DNA of 64,000 nt from Dimorphilus gyrociliatus (GCA_904063045.1 CAJFCJ010000006.1:5038408-5102407), one strand, 5' to 3'. Shown: positions 39,470-53,749, numbered from the stretch's first letter. Translations and numbers: made by a program. Notes: a model not told the origin generated them from the letters alone.

Positions 39470-41206
39470 TTATCTTCTGAAAAGCAAAACCAATTCTAAA
39501 TGTTTCGTATGAGGAAAGAGGTCAACGGCAGTTACACTCTCTAATTTGAATGGTTCACCAATAAATTTGTTTGTTCGTAACCTCATAAAGTTGATAAAAT
39601 CGTCACAGGCAAGTTCATAATTGCAACTAACATACACAACAGTCTTAATATTTTCCGTTCTCCTTATTGCTTTGATAACGTTATTGTGCAAACCAGCTCT
39701 TGGAGGATCGACGACCGCGATAAGGTCATTTTGAACAAGGTTATCATCTTTTAAAAGGTCAAGTAAAACATGTTCAGCATATCCGCAATGTACGTCAACA
39801 TTTGTAATATTGTTAAGTTCTAGATTAGTTTTTGCATTTTTTACTGATTCTTCAACAAGTTCAATTCCTATTACTTTTTTTACTTTTCGCGCCAAACTTA
39901 TACCAATTGTTGCGCTACCGCAACAGACATCGAGGACAACACTTTCTGAATTGCAGTTGGATTGCTCATAGATTTTATTATACAAAACTTCAGCCGCTTT
40001 TGTGTTTACCTATCGTGGAAAAATGCAAGTATATTAGTTATGTAACAGTTAATGATATATATGTGATAGATATTTCCTACCTGGAAGAATGCTCCAGGAC
40101 TTATAACAAATTTTGACGATAAAAGTTCTTCATGAAGTACCTCACTCCCAAATACATGATGACAGTTTCCCTCCATACTATTTGCCATGGTCTCTGCAGA
40201 GGTAACTTGCAAATACGCGCAAACTATGTTAGCGGCGGCTGCATGTTCGTCAAGGAATGCTCTGATCTTTTCTTTTTCTTTTTCAAAAATTTCATCACTA
40301 AGATTTTGTGGATGCATTGTCAAAACAGCCATCTGCTCATTAGATTGAACTATACGAATAGTTAGTAATTTCCAATTTCCTTTATTACTTAATTGGTTAA
40401 ATGCATCTAAAGTTGAAACATTTTTTAAATAATTTTCCATAGTTTCAACTGCTTTTATTGTTAATTCATGTATATTCTTGCATAGAGTAGGCGGTCCAAC
40501 GGTAACGTTACCGTGCTTGTATCGACCATGACGAAAACCAATTGATTTATCGGGACCAATTGTAAACTCATTTTTGTTTCTATAACCTACAGAAAAAGAT
40601 AAATTTGTTTAGTTATATGAAAATAATAATATCAGATATCTTACCTTCAGTAATTGGAGATGGTTCAATTGGTTTTAAAACATTTCCTATGTCAAATCTA
40701 CAATCCGACTTGGAAGATAATTTCTTTAGAAATTTACCCACAGCTTCCTGTTTTGTTTCTAATTGCTCCTTGTAAGATGTGCTATAAAAAGGAGTTACAG
40801 CTTTAGCAACCCTTTCCTCTGGAGTTAAGTTATCTTCTTCCTCATTATTATCGTCACCTTCTCTTTCTTTATGAGAATCTAACCAAGGATCAGTCTTAGG
40901 ATTTGCCTCAGTAGCTTTAAGAGTTTTTCCTTTCCAAGTTACAGCATTTATTTTCTCTATAGCTTTCTGCCTTTCTTCTTCGTTTGATAAATTTATATAT
41001 ACAATACCATCCTTGTGGGGTTTTATTTTCTTAGTAGCTATACCCATTTTCTTTAAACGCTTCTTAAGTTCATTAAATCCGAAGTATTTTGGTAAATTCT
41101 TTACTTTTATCTTATAAATTTCCGATGTATAGTTTGAACGGGAGTTAATTAATTTAACTTCCTCGGCAGGTTCTACGACTTTCACTGGCTCTTCTGTCTG
41201 ATCCAT
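39470..41206 (-). CDS. TRMT2A: tRNA (uracil-5-)-methyltransferase homolog A
   Basis: N-terminal RRM (YKIKVKNLPKYFGF), YRNK.EF, ISPGAFFQVNT, SAM motif LDVCCGSATIG, DPPRAGLH, catalytic VYVSCN, and DLFPHTKHLE. Confidence 0.94.
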
Positions 41207-42357
41207 AGTTTCTATTAAAAAATATCATAGTATCATAATATCGCTCAGTTAGGATGCATGTAAATATGTCTCTTTTAACTCCTCGTTATTATTGCACAAC
41301 GATTTAAGTCATCATTCACCTAGTGTTTTGCATTGTTAGCATTATGGATCATTCTGTATCGTATAGGCCTAAATGTTAATTATAAAATTGTCCTTTTTTA
41401 CAAACCTTCACGTGCCGTTAGTTAGTACACATGCACATGAAAAATCTTAAACAGGTTACTTTTTTTGTTAAAAAAAACAACGCCACCTATAGGCAATATA
41501 AACTTTCTTAAATCGTATAAAAGTAATAAAAGCTACGAAGAATAAGTTAATAAAGAAAATTAATGAAAGTAAAATATTAATATATTAATCATTAACTTAA
41601 TTTATTAATAAAATTGAAAAAAAAATGGTGAAAAATGAAAATTTGAATTAATTAGTTAAAAATACTAAATTAGAATTAAAACATAAATTATCTTTCTATT
41701 TTAAAACGGAGAAAGTATGAAAGAAAGAACAGTATATTTCTTTTTTTTTTGTTTTATCTCTTCCCTTCTTTGTTTATTAATCAAACATTTTGTATTTGGC
41801 TTCTTCAATTTCTTTCTCTTAAAGTTTACTTGTCGATTTTATTCCAATTTTAGAATGAAGAAAATACACCTGTCTAACTAATAATAAACCAATTCTTTGT
41901 TTTTTTCTGCTGACTATGTAAAAATAGGATAACATAGGAAAATAATCGAAATTTTCCATTATAAAATAAATATATAACACTTTTATATTAAAAAATAGAA
42001 AAACATCAAAGACGAGAAAGAAACACCATCAATAAAAAAATCCTTTAGATTTTTGAAAATTTTGTTTTTATAAAAAAAAAAATAAAACAAATTAAAATAG
42101 ATAAGAATAGAAAGATAGCTTTGTAAGTAAAACAGTATGATTCATATTTTCACTATTAGGCATTTCATTTATAAATATGTACAAAGAGATTTATGCCGTT
42201 TCTAACTTTAACAAGATTTAAGTGAACTTCAAACATATATTTTTATGCCCTTACCTAAGCATAGAAGCCTGTTTTATTTATTTAAACGTAATCGTGCTGT
42301 TTCTGTGAAACAGGTTTACAAAGTATACGTTGCTTAGCTATCATAATTTTAAAACCC

Positions 42358-42385
42358 TATAAAAGAGAAGTTGGTATGTTCAGTT
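42358..42385 (+). promoter_or_regulatory. Possible TATA box and initiator of CRP1
   Basis: TATAAAAG at 42358 and TCAGTT at 42380, about 100 nt upstream of the ATG. Spacing is slightly short and the background is AT-rich. Confidence 0.3.
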
Positions 42386-42463
42386 TTCAAGCGAGTTCAG
42401 GGGTTCGAACGAAAACTTGTGCTTCCCACGTTTGTTTCAGGACATCTAAAGAAAGAAAGAAAA

Positions 42464-43453
42464 ATGAATAAAATGATTGCTTTAGCTATTATTGGAATGG
42501 CTCTTGTGGCATCGTCTTTTGCCGCTTTAGAATATAAGAGTGGTGATATTTGTGCTTTGAATAGCCAGTGCCCAACAGGTTTTATTTGTAATAGAAAGAG
42601 AGATCACTATAATTGTGAATTAGGAAAATGTGCGTGTCCTGATCATTACTATCAGGATTCTGATACTTGTAAGAAAAGTAAGTCTTTCAATTATACATTC
42701 GTTCCATTTTATATTTATCCCTTTTTAAATCTCAGAGTCAACTGAAGGACAGTCTTGTACTGTTAGTTCCACTTGCGACACTGATTTGATGTGTATCAGC
42801 AGTAAATGTACCAAGCTGGTTGAAAAAAAATTAGGAGCAACTTGTGATCTATCCAAAGATATATGCCTATATTCTTCTTGTATCAGTAGCAAATGCGACT
42901 GTATAACTGGTTACTTCAAGGATGGGGAAAAATGTAGATTAAGTAAGGAGAAATAGAGCTAGAAAAACTTTAAAACAACTTTTATATCTTTTTTTATTTA
43001 TTTAGAGAAACACAAAGAAAGTTGTAAGAGTGATAATACGGAAAACTGTGAAGCTAATCTCCAATGCAAAAGCAGCGTTTGTGAATGTCCAGATGATTAC
43101 GTTTGGAGAAAGGTCAAGAATGAAGATGGAGAAGATAAGGATATGTGTGAACACAAAGACGGTAATAATTTGAAAAAATATTTATAAAAGTTGATTATTT
43201 TTTACATAAAAATTTGTCTATGTTAGTTGAGAGAGTTATGACTTCTGCGAAAGAAGGTCAAAGTTGTGGAACAAAATCGTACGGTGGCTCAAGAAGCAAT
43301 CAAATTTTCCTTAGCTATTGTGTAGAAGATTTAAAATGCAACAGATGTTACGGAGTTGATGGAGATTACAATGTTTGCAGAGGAACAGCCGCATCAATTC
43401 TCGGAAGTATTTTCCTATTAGTGTCTTCTGTAGTTATAGGAAAATTATTTTAA
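42464..43453 (+). CDS. Cys-rich EB-like GPI-type surface protein CRP1
   Basis: Four exons, phase-1 introns; signal peptide MNKMIALAIIGMALVASSFA; C-terminus RGTAASILGSIFLLVSSVVIGKLF. Confidence 0.9.
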
Positions 43454-44564
43454 GGTATAAAATCTAATATAAACTTCAGAAGAAGAAAATATTTATGGAA
43501 CTGTTGATAAAACATCAACAGTTCATTCTTCCCTGTAATGACTAAATCAATTGATTTTAAGTTTTGTACATATACATATATGTTTATGTTTATGTTTATG
43601 TACTTCTTAATGTATCTAACAAATTAATAATTACATCTATAATAAAATTCAATCATAAATAAAACAAAAAATGAGCTAAATACATGCCAAATGTTCATGT
43701 TAAATAATCGTATCTATGACGAAACTTATGATGTATGTATTGAAATATATGTGCAGAAGTTGTTTGAGATTTTCAACATGAATGTTCTGTCTTGTATTCA
43801 TCCAATAAAAAAGCTTTTGTCATTCATAAATAATTTGCTTACTTTTAAAAAATTAAACTTGGAATAATTTAATAATAATTAACAATAGAGTATTTTTAAA
43901 TAGTGAAAATATAGGTTTAAGCACTCTAAGTTAGAGTCAATATAAAAAGGAATAAATATGTTATTGGATACGTGAGGTAACCATGGAGAAGAAGTCGTAA
44001 TGACTGAATTGTTTGAAGTATTTGTACAATGATAGTAAATTAATAAAAATTTTTGATGACAAGGAAGAATTAAAACAAATTTATGGCTCTATGATAAATA
44101 GTTGCAATTCTCCAAATCCCTTTCTTTCTAATATATTAAGTTTTTTTTGTAGGTCAATGGGGACAGGTAAAAAAAAGTGTAAACTGTTTCTAACTTTCCC
44201 AAAGGAGATATCAACCTCTGATAAATATTAGACAATATAAAATAACCATAATCATTCACAATGAATGACTTTCTTTTTACGACATTTACTTTCCTTTTAC
44301 AAGTTCTAATTGGGCTATACGCGAAAACTTAATTGGTAATTTTATACAAAGCGAGGGAGTGGCTTTAATAAATTTACTAAATAATTATTATACCTTTTGT
44401 ATTCGTAGAAATTATACCTTCAACAATGAACTTTAAATCTAGGCCTAATGAAAATTTCTCCTTTATGCTAATTAATCAGCTTATTTAGCAAATTAGTAAC
44501 ATATATAAAGGGAAAATTTATGACATTCGAAAATATTTCCAAGTATAGTTCATTTTAAAAAGAT

Positions 44565-45642
44565 ATGAACAGAATCATTTTTAAAGGATTCTTTACATGT
44601 ATCATATCCAGTCACATTGTGCAATCCGAGTATGACAAAAAATTAGGAGACGTTTGCACTAAAGATTGGCACTGCCCTGCTAGTGCCTTTTGTGATAAAT
44701 CTTATTCAGGTGGCAATTTGGCTTGTGAAATTGGAAGATGCAAATGTAAAAAGGATTTCTATCCTCAAAATTCCGAATGTAGAGCAAGTAAGAAGATAAT
44801 TTTAAATCAATCTCTATTAATAAATTCTATGTATGCTTTCTATTTAGCAAAACCTTTTGGTTCCACCTGTACTTACTCCAATGAGTGTAGTGCAAACATT
44901 CAATACGGAAGATGTTTAAATAGAAGATGCTCCTGTATCAATAACAAATTTTATGTAGAAAGGAATGGCGTTTGCGAAATTAGAAATCCTAAAAACTATG
45001 GACAAGAATGTCTTATTTCTTCGGATTTGTGTTTGGGAAATAACGTTTGGTGTAAGCTTGGAAAGTGTGCTTGTAGGACAGGCTATTCTCGTATTGAAAA
45101 TGTTTGTAGATTAAGTAAGCACACATCTAATCCTGTAATCTCCGATTAAGTAAACGTGTAAAAAAGTTGTGTAATATATACAAATTTAACAGAAAAATAT
45201 CAGGAATCATGTTCAACTAATGACATTCGTTGTGAATCGAATCTTCAGTGCAAGGCTAGTGTGTGCATCTGTCGTAATGGCTATCAATGGTCTAAATATA
45301 AAAATGCTCATGGTAAAGATTTTCAAGGCTGTATATTGTCTACCAGTAAGCACGTTCAGCATAAAATATTATATTAACCAGTTTTATAAGTATTCTGATC
45401 TTTCAGCGGAATTTGTGTTAAATGAAGTTCAGAATAATGAAGCCTGTGGTGAATATACTTTTAATAGAAATGGGAAATATATAACATTTCTGTCGTATTG
45501 CGCAAGAGATCTTAGCTGTGTACAGTGTTACTCAGCAGGTTTAAACTCAAATTATAAAGTCTGTAGGGGAAGCTCTAGCTACTTTTACCCCAATTGTTTT
45601 AATCTAATTGTTTTCTTATTAATTTTTTTTCTCCTATGTTAA
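44565..45642 (+). CDS. Cys-rich EB-like GPI-type surface protein CRP2
   Basis: Four exons; NPKNYGQEC linker; tail RGSSSYFYPNCFNLIVFLLIFFLLC. Confidence 0.9.
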
Positions 45643-45923
45643 TTTCTCATTTTCTTAAAAATAAAATGATAATAATACACTTGAATTAGCAAAATCAACT
45701 ACAAAACGAAAGGATAAGTAGCCATAATTTATTGGTCATGCACCAAGTTATCTTTATTCTTCTATTTTCCTTTTACGTTGAAAAATTTTATCTAAGTTGG
45801 ATATAGTATTTTTATCAAGTTTATGCAAATAGACATTATCATGTTCCTTATAAACGCCAGTAAAAGCATTGCGATTGTTATTATGGAAGAAAGTTTTGCA
45901 AGAAGAATTGAAAAGTTTCTCGA

Positions 45924-46963
45924 ATGAGGATGACAACTTTTGAAAACAATTTCTATAAATGCCTTCTGGTTTTTGGTATTCTGTTTTGCTATGTTAATGC
46001 AGATGCAGATTGCTATAATGACAATCACTGTGGTACAAACTATTGCTGTGACAAGACTAGTAGAAACAACGAATTGAAATGCGATTACGGATCATGTAAA
46101 TGTAAACCTGGTTATTTTAGAATAAATGATACATATTGCAAAGAATGTGAGTTCTTTAATCATATACTTTCTGCTATATATCTTGGTTTTTTTTTTAAAT
46201 AGCTATAGGGCATGGAAAAGACTGTGATAATAATAATCAGTGCAATCTTGAAAAATACCTCACTTGTATAAATTCAAAATGTCAATGTCCAGATAAGTAT
46301 AAATTAGAGGGAGACAGATGTGTTTTAGAAATGCCAGTAAAGTTAGGACAATCTTGTACAGATAGTAAGGCACAATGCGAAGGAAATACAGAATGTAACA
46401 ATGGTAAATGTGAATGCTGGTCTTGGTTGATTGAAAAGGAAGGAAAATGTGTCAAAGGTAAACAGAAATATTTAATTAGCTCTCATATTTGTTTTAATTA
46501 GCTAAGTTTCTCAGGTGAGTTAGACGACAACTGCGACAGGGATTCACAATGTGAAGGAGGTTTAAGATGCAAAATTTCAAAATGTGGATGTGATGACCAA
46601 GAAACCCCTTTCCGTAAATTTGAAGCGCATTATAATCAACACACTTACATATGTTTAGATAAAGACGAATCTGGTAATAATTTTTAATTATTTTTTTTTT
46701 GATAACTTAAACGTTAACGTACACTTCTTACAGCTGAATCGGACGATAGAACAGCTAAAGGAGAAAACTATAATTGTGGTACTTTTAAAGCAGAACCTAG
46801 CCCGAATCATTACGTGTACTTTGCAACTAAATGTCCAGGTGATTTAAAGTGCACTGACTGCCGAGACGCTATATCCTCATCATATGTCTGCAGAGGTGGA
46901 GCTAAGTCTCTAATGAGTAGCGTCGTTTTAATAATCACAGTTATATTTATGATTTTAATATAA
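45924..46963 (+). CDS. Cys-rich EB-like GPI-type surface protein CRP3
   Basis: Four exons; TAKGENYNCG; tail RGGAKSLMSSVVLIITVIFMILI. Confidence 0.9.
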
Positions 46964-48068
46964 ACAAAATAAAAATGCCAATGATTAACAAAAAATCTCT
47001 GCAAGGAACTAAATAAATAAATCAATAAAGAACGAAATAATAAATTTTCATGATAAGAGAAAACGCCTTTATACATTAATATTTTATAACATTGAACATG
47101 TTACGTAATTACAAACAGATTAATCATTTCAATTCATTCAAAGTATTTTATTAACAAGATTATAATTATGATAATTAATTTGAGCTAAGAAGGAAGTAAA
47201 TTTTATAGACTTGAACAATTTCCGAGATATATCGCTATCAGAAAAGAGAAATTCCCTTTTATCTTCCTCTTTTTTTTTCACAGTATTTTATATTTGAGAA
47301 GTGATTTCATGCTTTAAAATCTTTACTGTAAAACAATTAAACAATCAATCATTCAATATCTATTTGAACAAAACTTAAGCTCTTCTTTTAATCTCTTATG
47401 ACTATCAGTTGCTCACATAATATATTCTCAAAAGATACTCTTTGATTCATCTTTCCTTCTTTCAATCAAAACAATCAATATAAAATAATTTTAACCAATA
47501 ATAGTAGTGCCATCTATAATTCGATTTAAAGTCTTTTCTTTTTTAATTTTTCTTTCTTTTTACCTAAAGTGGAATTGTGAACAAAATAACTCGAAAATAT
47601 AAACAATTTAACCAAAGTAATAATATAAAAGAAAGCTTGATATGATGACAAATCTGATAAAAAAATGACACAAAACCGAATCAAAAGTTTAATTTGATGG
47701 CAAATAATGGTAAATATATACAGTATTTTACGTTGTTCTTAATCTTGTTTTATCTTCATATTATATCTTATATAAGCTCTTTATTGTCATATATAGATTT
47801 TGTTGAAATATTAATATTTTCTTAGGTTTAAGTTAACTTTTAACTAGTTTTCAATTAAAAGTTACAATATAAAAACTATATTAAATTTTATAGTTTAACT
47901 TGAATTAATTATCAAAGTTCTTAAAGAAAATAAATGCAATAGATAAGAATGCTATGGAATATTATTGTATTTTTATATTTTAAGAAATTTTTAAAGGGCT
48001 CAAGTAAGGAATGTGGAACCACTTTACGCATCTCATTTGGTTCTAAATCTGTAAGAAGAAAGAATATA

Positions 48069-49147
48069 ATGGGACTGTTGAAACACTTATCTTTTATTTT
48101 TCTTTACACTGTCATATTAATAGAGTTTGCCGCTAGTAAACTATGCGAAGAAAATAATGATTGTTCTTTTGGATATTGTAACAAAGTGAGTAGAGGGTCA
48201 ATAAAATACACATGCAATTTGGGCATTTGCCAGTGTCCCAAGAAGCAATTTCAAGAAAATGGAAAATGTCTGCCGCGTAAATATGAATTATTTTAATTAA
48301 TATAGAATATAGTTATATTGTTTTATATATACGTATATATATATATTTATATAGAAAAATCTGAAAATGAAGAATGTAATAAATCTAAAGAATGTTTAGG
48401 AGATTTGAAGTGTTTGTCCAAAAAATGTACATGCTTGGGATTTAAATTATCTCCAACTTCTCAATGTCAAGAAAGGAATAAGAAAACTTTAGGTCAATTA
48501 TGTGAACGTGATGGGATGCCTTGCAGAAATAGAAATTCGTTATGCTCCAATGGGACGTGTATTTGCCAAAAGGGAAATATACTGGAAAATGGTCATTGCA
48601 GACATGGTTAGTATCTTTCTTAAATAAAATAAACCGCAATGCAATCAGTTTTTTCTTTCGTTTCATTTTTTTTATTCATAAAAGCTCTGTATATGGAACG
48701 GTGTCAGTCTCCAGATATTACCTGCACATCACCATTAATGTGTATAGGTGGGCTGTGTAAGTGTAAGAAGGGAAATTATTACAACTATACTGTGCCAAGT
48801 GGCAAATTAGTTATGAGATGCGATAAGAGCAACAGTAAGATTATATTTTTAAAGTCTTTTTTGTCAATATTAGTATATTAATTAAAAAATAAACTTTAGT
48901 TGCCCTATTTGAAAAGGAGGTTGAACCTTATGAAAGATGCTACTGGACTCTAGAAAAGAAACTTCCTGGACAAAAGTTAATGATGTTAAATCAATGTCCC
49001 GAAGGATTCACGTGTAAAAAGTGTCCAAAACAGAAAGAGATTTGTTTGAATGTAACATCTATCATCTTGTCAGATGGAATCAATCAACTCTCGTATAATT
49101 TTTTATCAACTTTCCTGATTATAGTAATAACTGTATTATCTTTATAA
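48069..49147 (+). CDS. Cys-rich EB-like GPI-type surface protein CRP4
   Basis: Four exons; tail SDGINQLSYNFLSTFLIIVITVLSL. Confidence 0.9.
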
Positions 49148-49585
49148 ACAAAATACTCTTATTAATGAAAAATCTTGAATGCTTATGTTATGTAAGACTA
49201 AACCTGTAGAAATCTTTTACATCTGTACATCTGCTATTATTTACATCAAGTATACTTTTGAAAAATGTGGTGTCTCTACTTGCATATAGTTCTTGGATAG
49301 GATAACTTCGTTTGTTATCTTTTAGCATTATATAAATAAAATGACAAGGTAAACCATTGGTCAATATTTCAATGTTTTTACGTTACCTTAATGTTTGGAG
49401 TAGAAAGCAGATAAACATAAGATAGTAATCTACAAAAAGTATCTATGTATCAATTTATAACTAAGCTATCTTTTCTCTATGCTACTCACTTCTATAAGAA
49501 TGAACCCTATGATACAATATGGAAAAAAAAACAAATTATCTTAAACTTAGTTATCTATTCATTTCCCTTTTAATCTCGCCTAAAA

Positions 49586-49602
49586 GAGAGAGAGAGAGAG
49601 AG
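49586..49602. repeat. (AG)n microsatellite
   Basis: AG run in the CRP4-CRP5 intergenic region. Confidence 0.85.
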
Positions 49603-49739
49603 AAAAAAAACTTCAATCGTCGTCGCATTCGTCTAATTAACAACCATACTGACCTGAATAGTATAATAGAGAATAAAAAATATTGCCACTTATTATTGTA
49701 GGAGAATCCTTTATTATCCTTCCAAATGAAAAAGAGAGA

Positions 49740-50015
49740 ATTTTATACGACTAAGGATAAAAACCTTTTTTCGCATTTTCCATTTACTGACGTTAAGTAC
49801 TCAACAAAATTACAAGTTCCATCCGTATTACTTTTGGTAAAAAAAAATCGTTACAAACGGCATCATTTGCAGTACATTTACTGTCCAATCGCTCTAGATT
49901 CCTAAGGATAAACTTTTCATTAACTGTTTTTGTATTTATTCTTGTCGCATTGACATTTAGAATCGATATATTTTAAATTAGAGGGCAGAAAAAAAAAGTA
50001 CAACGTTCTCTTATC
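49740..50015 (-). pseudogene. Decayed CRP-family copy
   Basis: Frameshifted and stop-interrupted fragments ERCTFFFC/PSNLKYIDSKCQCDKNKYK**../RAIGQ/KCTANDAVCND/TDGTC..VNGKCE match exon-2 modules of the neighbours (e.g. SNLKCMSFRCECENDFYK). Confidence 0.5.
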
Positions 50016-51029
50016 AATTATTCTATGTTTCGTAACTCATTTTTTTGTAGCTGCAACTAAATAGTCTTACTATTTTATTCTCTGTAAAAAAAAAATGCCA
50101 CGAAAGTTGGTATGATTTATTTGAGGCTACTGTGTAAGCGTTTTAAAAGATTAATCCTTGTATGTTATTTATAATTGTGTATACTTTGAAAAAGATGGAT
50201 TACTAGGAAAGTAACATTTTAGAGAAGGTAAATCTATTGTAAGAACTGAAAAATTCTGCGTATTGTAAAAATTATAAAAAGTACCTCTAGTGAGTGGATT
50301 AAGGGAAATTTATGTCGAAAGTAGAGCAGTTTCATTTAAGTTATTCTATTATGTGACAAACAACAGACGCTTTTGTAGGCCTACCATCAACACAATGAAT
50401 AAACATAACATTAAATAACGACGTAGTGTAAAGCAATGATAGTAGAAAAAGACTTAGTATCACACAAGCCATTTTAGAACAAGAGCAATTGTTATAAATC
50501 TCTTAAATGCGTGTAGATGTGTTCTTTTAATAGAGAATTACAACTGTCTATCCAAAGTATTTGCCAACGGGAAATTTGTATAGATGTAAAAGACTTCTGC
50601 TCGTATAAAAATGAGTGAGATAGACCTAAAGACATGAAATATTCATTGTATTTTTAAAGCTGAAGGGACCTAATAAATAGAATATTTACGAGAGTCAAAG
50701 AATTAGTACGCTTAATAAGATCTTAGTACAATATCACAAGTACGAAGTATATTGACAAAACTCTGGTATATTCCTTATTAGTCATACCATCTCGTTTATA
50801 TAATTACAAGAGATAAAAATAAACTATTGTGAAAATATATACAAATATTATTAATTAAGAGTATTTAGGGCCTGAGCTTGTTAATTAATTAATAATCTAT
50901 ATATATATATATATATTTATACTAGTATTTTTAATAACCAACTGCTAAAAACAACACATTTGTTTGAATAATATAGGAATAACTAACTTTTCGCTAATAT
51001 TTATTGAAGAATGTAAACATTTCTTTAGT

Positions 51030-52106
51030 TTAATATATTAATAATAATAATAAACAATTATAAATAATTACAATAAGTGGAAATAGCGAATTGTAGTTAC
51101 TTTCTCCAGAATTTTCGTGTTGTATACAATGATAATGATAATCGAGATTAACGTCATTGCATTGAGCGCATGTAGAATGTTTAGGACATTTATTTATTAG
51201 TACGCTATCCTCAATATTCGACAATCCACAAGATTCATTTATACGAGCATAACTCCAATAAATGGTAGCTTTGTTGTTATTTAAAAAGTTCTTAATTGGA
51301 AATTTAATTATAATCATATAATTATACTTACGAAGTTTTGTTCTACAATAAACAATAGTCTTTCCTTCTGGTGAATTTAATTTCATATAGAGCTTGTTGT
51401 CTACACAATTGCATTTTCCTTGAATACATTTAAAGGGTTGAACGCAATGAATCGAATCTGTACACTCTTCTTGATGATTTACTGGTATTTTTTTAAAATA
51501 TTATATAATTGTTATCAAATACATTTCTAATTTATAACTTACATAATCTACATTTATTATCTTTTCTTATATAATTCAATCGACATTTGCATTTATTATC
51601 AATGCATGTTGTTTCATCGTCAATACAACTTGAATTCATTTCTTGGCAATTTTCTCCATACTTTTTAGGATTTAGGAGAACGCAACTCGTTCCATTCCAA
51701 GAGTATTTATCGATTCTGCATAAACACTTTGAACGTGTAATTGCATTGGAAGAACAATATAAGTTTAATTCAGTTAAACAATTGTCATCAGTAACACAAG
51801 GGTCATTAAATGTTTTCTCTGTAAGATGTTTTTGTTTAACGTTCATATTGACATCATAAAAATAATCTTAATTATCTACTTACGAGGGAAACATTTCGAA
51901 TCTGTATCATATTTCTTAAAATATCCTTTTGGACATTCGCATTTACCATAATCACATTTCACCCTCTCATCACTTGAGTTTTTATTGCAGTATCCAGTCT
52001 GACAATCGCTATTTTTTGTACATACTTGGCCACCGTACAGTGCTTCAGAATGAAATATTTGTATATAGAGCATTAGAGATACATATTTAAACTTTTTAAT
52101 TTTCAT
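51030..52106 (-). CDS. Cys-rich EB-like GPI-type surface protein CRP5
   Basis: Four exons; NPKKYGENC; tail NSGESNYNSLFPLIVIIYNCLLLLLIY. Confidence 0.9.
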
Positions 52107-52391
52107 TTTAAGCTCTTGATTCTCTCAATCTTTTTGGTTGAATGGAAATGTCACAATGTAAATAGACATAATATGATAATTAACCTAATGAAAACGATTT
52201 ATAAAGTACGCATGCGTACCAAGTAAAACAGACGTTTTTGAATAGTGTTCATACGTTTCCTTTTTCATAAATGAGTTTCACTTGAATGAATAATAAATTA
52301 TGATAACTTGTAATAAATTGTAGAGTGGAAGAAAAGAAAAGAAAAGGTGTATGTCAGTTAAACATACTAATATATGTAATTTTATTTACAT

Positions 52392-52422
<31 letters not shown>

Positions 52423-52619
52423 TTATTATACTACATATATACAGTATATATCATATTTATTGAATATACTAAACTGATCTACAGAGACATTTGTTTAACT
52501 AACTAATTGTTTAATTTTTTAGTTAACTACTGTATATATCTTAATAGGCCGAAAATATTGTACTGTTACTAGTTTATTTGACAATTCTGATCATATTGCA
52601 ACAAATATAAAAAAAACGA

Positions 52620-53749
52620 ATGAGGATTTTTCGTTTAACAATAACAATTTTGTTTGTATATTATATAAAGCTTGAATCTATTAACGGTTATCTGTTTGAA
52701 TGTACAGACAATGAAGCTTGTTCATCTGGAGTTTGTTATAAACATTCTACTAATATTTTAGGTAAATGTAATTATGCTACCTGTTGCCGTTTGGGTTTCC
52801 TCATTGATTTTGATACAGAAAGTGCTAAATGTACCCGCTGTAAGTTTAAGTAAAAAAGCCCTTATATTGTGTCTATATGAACCATATACTAATATTTAGT
52901 AAGAACCATAAATCAAGTTTGTGGAATTGGTATTCATTGTGATCAAAGAAAAAATTTAGGTTGTGTATACGAAAATAGTGACAGAGGTAAATGTAATTGT
53001 CCGGAAAATTATAAATGGAATGGTGAAAAATGCTCTCATAGAAATCCAAAGAAATTTGGTGAAAATTGTAAAGATAGTGATGCTAGATGTATTGATTATG
53101 GTAATATATGTAAGAATGGGAAATGTCAATGCGAATCCGGTTTAAAAGCAGATGGGAATATTTGTAGACATTGTATGTAGATTTATGATTATCTTACTAT
53201 ATTCAATTTTAGTATAGAGATTTTTTATATCTTTAAGTACGAAATGGAGAGAAATGCGGAAAAGATGGATTTTGTATGGATTTTCTTTCTTGTATAAAAG
53301 GTAGATGCCAATGTAGTGGAAATAAGAAATACTTTTCAATACGATCTCCAACAGAAGGAAAGAAATATTATTGCGAAAAGAATATTCGTTAGTATTCTTG
53401 TGTATAAAAAAATATATTACAGACAATCTAATTAAGGATTATATGTTAATCTCTATCAGCAAAGATTAATTTGGAAAAAGTGGGATCAAAGAAAGTTTGT
53501 GGAGTTTTCAAAAATTCAACAACGATAAACGTAAAAGAATGTGAAAAAGATTTAATTTGTTCTCAATGTATCTCGTTGAAAGGTAAAAAAGAGTGGATAT
53601 GTATAGAATCTGCCGACTCCAGTCATTTGGTTAGTGGTTCTGGATCAAACTCGAATAATTATTGCAGTATCTATTCTACATATTTGATTGTAGGAATAGC
53701 CCTTATCTCTGTCTTTTTTCATACTATTCATAGTAAGAAATGCTATTAG
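52620..53749 (+). CDS. Cys-rich EB-like surface protein CRP6
   Basis: Four exons; NPKKFGENC; Ser/Gly spacer followed by YLIVGIALISVFF and a short HSKKCY tail (GPI or TM). Confidence 0.9.

Noticed and set aside
44013-44231. 72-aa ORF between CRP1 and CRP2
   Set aside because: No signal peptide, Cys pattern or recognisable domain.
50470-50650. Cys-containing plus-strand frame CYKSLKCV*MC..FCSYKNE*DRPK as a second CRP relic
   Set aside because: Cys spacing fits only loosely and no splice structure was found; it needs TBLASTN to decide.
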